A DNA stretch of 64,000 nt from Eledone cirrhosa (taxonomy: Eukaryota): contig OZ024756.1 in NCBI GenBank assembly GCA_964016885.1, positions 13,516,001-13,580,000 of the forward strand, written 5' to 3'. Below the pieces are notes generated by a model, which was not told where the DNA came from, ran no database searches, and saw only the letters and a program-made list of their open reading frames with translations. Shown piece by piece: positions 58,701 to 64,000 of this stretch (position 1 is the first letter of the stretch; each line of letters begins with the position of its first letter). The position numbers and the translations under genes are program-made.

Positions 58701-59482
58701 CCACAGTTCTTCTGTGTATAATATATCCACTGTTCTGTGTATTATATATCCACAGTTCTGTGTATAATATATCCACAGTTCTGTGTATAATATATCCACA
58801 GTTCTGTGTATAATATATCCACAGTTCTGTGTATAATATATCCACAGTTCTTCTGTGTATAATATATCCACTTTTCTGTGTATTATATATCCACAGTTCT
58901 GTGTATAATATATCCACAGTTCTGTGTATAATATATCCACAGTTCTTCTGTGTATAATATATCCACAGTTCTGTGTATTATATATCCACAGTTCTTCTGT
59001 GTATTATATATCCACAGTTCTGTGTATATAATATTCACAGTTCTGTGTATATATATATATCCACAGTTCCGTGTATAATATATCCAGTTCTTCTGTGTAT
59101 AATATATCCACAGTTCTGTGTATAATATATCCACAGTTCTTCTGTGTATAATATATCCACTGTTCTGTGTATTATATATCCACAGTTCTGTGTATAATAT
59201 ATCCACAGTTCTGTGTATAATATATCCACAGTTCTGTGTATAATATATCCACAGTTCTGTGTATAATATATCCACAGTTCTTCTGTGTATAATATATCCA
59301 CTTTTCTGTGTATTATATATCCACAGTTCTGTGTATAATATATCCACAGTTCTGTGTATTATATATCCACAGTTCTGTGTATAATATATCCACAGTTCTG
59401 TGTATAATATATCCACAGTTCTTCTGTGTATTATATATCCACAGTTCTGTGTATAATATATCCACATTTATTCTGTGTATTA
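40779..59482 (+). repeat. 18.7-kb satellite array of a 23-bp unit ATATATCCACAGTTCTGTGTAT(A/T), with 21- and 26-bp variants, roughly 800 copies
   Basis: Directly visible. It is flanked by family-1 SINEs (40640-40775 and 59497-59632) and interrupted by one (42015-42201). Confidence 0.98.
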
Positions 59483-59817
59483 CATATCATATAAAGTGTT
59501 ACGGCCCTTTATGGTCTGAGTTCAAATCCCGCTGAGGTTAACTTTGCCTTTCATGCTTACGGGGTCGATAAAATAAAGTACCAGTAATACACTGGAATAA
59601 TTGCTGGCCTTGTGCCTAACGTAGAAACAATTATTTATCATATATCAACGACGAATCTTTCTCGGAAAAAAAAGTCTTCGTTTATATTTCAATTTAGAGC
59701 TAAAACTGATTTAAACCGAAAGAAAGAGAGGAGAGAGGTGAAAGGGAGAGGGGAGATAGAGGAGAGAAAGAGATAAAAAGGGGAGAGAGAGAGAGGGGAG
59801 AGAAAGAGATGACTAAG

Positions 59818-59858
59818 TTGTAGTAATAGTAGTAGTAATGGTGGTGGTGATGGAGGTT

Positions 59859-59889
<31 letters not shown>

Positions 59890-59895
59890 AGGTGA

Positions 59896-59928
<33 letters not shown>

Positions 59929-60304
59929 AGGTGATAATAGTAGTAGTTGTAGTAGTAGTGGTAGTGGTGGAGGTGATAGTAGTAGTAGTAGTGGTAGTGG
60001 TGGCGGTGATAGTAGTAGTAGTAGTATTGGTAGTGGTGATGGGGATGATAGTGGTAGTGGTGGTAGTGGTAGTAGTAGTGGTGGTGGTGGAGGTGATAGT
60101 AGTAGTAGTGGTGGGGTGGGGGTGATAGTAGTAGTATTGGTAGTGGTGATGGGGGTGATAGTAGTAGTGGTAGTGGTAGTAGTAGTGGTGATGGTGGAGG
60201 TGATAATAGTAGTAGTAGTAGTAGTAGTAGTGGAGGTGATAGTAGTAGTAGTAGAGTGGTAGTGGTGGAGGTGATAGTAGTAGTAGTGGTGGTGGTGGAG
60301 GTGA

Positions 60305-60340
<36 letters not shown>

Positions 60341-60373
60341 AGGTGATAGTAGTAGTAGTGGTGGTGGTGGTGA

Positions 60374-60416
<43 letters not shown>

Positions 60417-60424
60417 GGAGGTGA

Positions 60425-60471
<47 letters not shown>

Positions 60472-60771
60472 GTAGTTGTGGTGGTGGCGGTGGTGATAGT
60501 AGTAGTAGTAGTGGTGGTGGTGGTGGTGGTGATTGTAGTAGTAGTAGTAGTGGTGGAGGTGATAGTAGTAGTAGTGGTGGAGGTGATAGTAGTAGTAGTA
60601 GTAGTAGTAGTGGTGGAGGTGATAGTAGTAGTTGTAGTAGTAGTGGTTGTAGTAGTAGTGGTGGAGGTGATAGTAGTAGTGGTGGTGGTGGTGATAGTAG
60701 TAGTAGTAGTAGAAGTGGTGGTGGTAGTAGTGGTGGTAGTCGTAGTAGTAGTAGTAGTAGTAGTAGTAGTA
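59818..60771. repeat. (GTA/GTG)n degenerate trinucleotide block
   Basis: Directly visible. Confidence 0.9.
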
Positions 60772-60884
60772 TTGATGCTGGTCACAGGGTTTTGATGACG
60801 CTGACAACGTTTGGTGACACAGACATATACATTCACAGTCACATACGCACACACACCCACACATAAATATATACACACACACAC

Positions 60885-60935
<51 letters not shown>

Positions 60936-61450
60936 TATTTATATACACACACACATATACACATACAGATAGAAAACGAATGATACAAACATGCATCATT
61001 AACATTCAATATATACATAAGGCGTGTCTGTGTGTATGTGTGTATCTGTGTGGCTGTGTGTCAGTGTGTATCTGTGTGTCTGTGTGTCAGTGTGTATGTG
61101 TGTCTGTGTGTCTGTGTGTGAGTGCTCGCGTTAATCTCCGGTCGGCTTCGGAATATCGAAGCAGCTGATTATCAGGAGTAACAGAGTAGTCGGTAGTGAC
61201 ACCTGTCAGGCAAGCAGATTCTTTTCAAGGTAGGTAACTGTAGGTGTTTTATTTTATATTTTCTCTGTATCTTTTGTTTGTTTTGTTATATTACATCGCT
61301 CTCTCTCTTTTTTTCTTTCTCTGTCTGACTGTCTGTCTGTCTGTCTCTCTCTCTCTCCCCCATCTCTCTCCCTCCCTCTCTCTCTCTCTCTCTCTCTTTC
61401 TTTACACACACACACACATATATATGCGTGTATGTGCATAAATATATATA

Positions 61451-61500
<50 letters not shown>

Positions 61501-61534
61501 GTGTATGTATGTATATATATATATGCATACATAC

Positions 61535-61569
<35 letters not shown>

Positions 61570-61620
61570 TGTGTATGTATGTATATATATATATATATAT
61601 ACATACATACATACATATAC

Positions 61621-61666
<46 letters not shown>

Positions 61667-61726
61667 TCCACCTGGTTGCTTACCACATTTCTTTCGTTAT
61701 ATATATATATATATATATATACATAC

Positions 61727-61790
<64 letters not shown>

Positions 61791-62019
61791 GCATGCACAT
61801 GACTATTTATGTGTTAACCAAGATGGGTGCGGCACAGTAGCGAAGACTAAGTTCGCTAATTTATTGAAAGTGAAACTTGCCATATCGATGAGACAGCCGG
61901 CTTCGATCTTGGGAGTTTCCTCGGAAGTTTGTAACAGAAAAAACTTACAGTAAGATTACTGACATACCTGCTTCTAATATATATATATATTGGATTTTAG
62001 TCTTCAAATTTATTATTAT

Positions 62020-62067
<48 letters not shown>

Positions 62068-62130
62068 ACTATATATATATATATATATATATATTATTAT
62101 TACTGTATATATATATAATATATATATTAT

Positions 62131-62166
<36 letters not shown>

Positions 62167-62215
62167 AATATATTATTACTATATATATATATATATATAA
62201 TAAATATATTATTAC

Positions 62216-62252
<37 letters not shown>

Positions 62253-62356
62253 ATATATATATATATATATATATAAATATGTGTGTGTGTGTACAGAAAG
62301 TGAGAGAGAGAAAGAAAAAGAGAGAGAGAGAGAGACAGACAGACAGAGAAAGAAAA

Positions 62357-62411
<55 letters not shown>

Positions 62412-62996
62412 TACATATACACACATATTATATATATATATATAAATATAATGTGTATGTGTCTATGTTGCAAATGTATGCATACATATATACATACATG
62501 TCTGAGTGCTTAGATGTGTGTATATACGTATATTACATTCGAATATATGCAATTATCCATGCGTATATATGTATGTATGTTCTTCTGGTTTTATAATTTC
62601 ACAAAGTTCTACCAATAGAGAGAGAGTCGGTTTCTAACATAGACACAAGACTCTCTCATTGGAATTTACACATCAACTAGGTAGAATATGTATGCATCCA
62701 TGTGTAGATATGGATCTTATTGTATGTGTGGATGTGTATGTTTTGAGTTGTATGTGTGCATGTGTATATGCTTTGCATCTGTACATGTGTATATGCAGTT
62801 ATTAGATGCAACATTTTTGGAATGTTTTACATATTTTTACTGTTTCATTAATGGATTGTACTTGTAATTTCCTATGTATGTATGTATGTATGTATGTATG
62901 TATGTATGTATGTATGTGTGTATGTATGTATGTATGTATGTATGTATGTATTAATGTATGTGCATATGTATGTATATATGTATGTATATATGTATG

Positions 62997-63035
<39 letters not shown>

Positions 63036-63091
63036 GTGAGGGTTTTTTTTACAAAATGAAAAATAATCGAGGTGTCCTACACGAGTGAAAG

Positions 63092-63358
63092 TATAAAGAA
63101 AAAAAGATGAAATCGAAAATGCAACTGGAGTCTTATTTTTAAAAAAATATATATATTTATTTGGTTCCTTTACTGGTTTCGCAGTTCTTCTGCTTTTCAA
63201 AAGTAGAGTTGAGATGGAGGGTCTGTGGTTTTTCGCCTCCCATCTCAACTCTACTTTTGAAAAGCAGAAGAACTGCGAAACCGGCAAAGGAACCAAATAA
63301 ATATATATATTTAAAAAAAAATAAGACTCCAGTTGCATTTTCGATTTCATCTTTTTTT

Positions 63359-63365
<7 letters not shown>
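63092..63365. mobile_element. Fold-back cassette with ~128-bp arms, each holding an HHR-like motif (63168-63203 on -, 63254-63289 on +)
   Basis: ctt-TTGAAAA-gcag.aagaa.ctgc-GAAA-cc(g/a)g(c/t)a-aag in both arms; the right end runs into (TA)n. Confidence 0.8.
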
Positions 63366-63393
<28 letters not shown>

Positions 63394-63694
63394 TGTATGT
63401 CAGTGAATGTATGCCTGTGTATGGATGTGTGTGTGTATGCACGTGTGTGTATACCTGTGTATGTATACCTGTGTATGTATGCATGTGTGTGTGTATATAA
63501 TGGTGTTGTTACCTTTGTTAACCAGTTCAATCAACTCTCTGCTGAATGACAATCCAAACCTGACCATCCTGCATTACATTACCTGTGTCTGTCTCATATT
63601 AATATCGTGGCGTGGAATTTCTCAGGGAGTTCGTTTCTGTTTCTAGCACGTACGTCAAGTTAGACCATTTAGAAATGTGCTCCTTAGCTCTTTT

Positions 63695-64000
63695 CTGTTT
63701 CTACTTTTGGCACAAGGCCAGCAATTGCTCCAGTGCATTACTGGTACTTTATTTTATCGACCCCGTAAGGATGAAAGGCAAAGTTAACCTCGGTGGGATT
63801 TGAACTCAGACCATAAAGGGACGTAACTATGCTGGAATGCATTGTGTCCGACCCTCTACCGATACTGCCAATCCCCCATTTCTGTATATAATATACTTTT
63901 GGCACAAGGCCAGCAATTACCCCAGTGCATTACTGGTACTTTATTTCATCGGCACCGTAAGGATGAAAGATAAAGTTAACCTAGGCGGGATTTGAACTCA
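63695..64000 (-). mobile_element. Two family-1 SINEs
   Basis: Same body and A/B boxes on the minus strand (63695-63875 and 63895-64000). Confidence 0.85.

Noticed and set aside
40719-59535. Hundreds of ORFs such as MYNISTVLCIIYPQF
   Set aside because: Translations of the 23-bp satellite.

Overview
Eukaryotic, AT-rich, microsatellite-saturated genomic DNA; the (TA)n/(CA)n density and the tRNA-SINE families suggest an octopus or other cephalopod (inference). The only convincing host coding sequence is an 804-bp minus-strand exon of an HSPA12 (Hsp70-12) gene at 201-1004. The rest is repeats: an 18.7-kb 23-bp satellite, 26-bp and 57-bp minisatellites that arose from transposon coding sequence, two SINE families, non-autonomous Helitrons, and decayed RTE, R4/Dong-like, Chapaev-like and Penelope-like (PLE) fragments. 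The most striking unexplained structure is about 20 hammerhead-ribozyme (HHR) motifs of many unrelated sequence families, at 9-29 kb and 63 kb. Many sit in short non-coding fold-back (inverted-repeat) cassettes next to (TA)n tracts, and the inversion point often falls inside or beside the ribozyme. A decayed PLE reverse transcriptase (YRDD type) lies next to them. All folds were read by eye. Nearly all ORFs in the supplied track are repeat artefacts.
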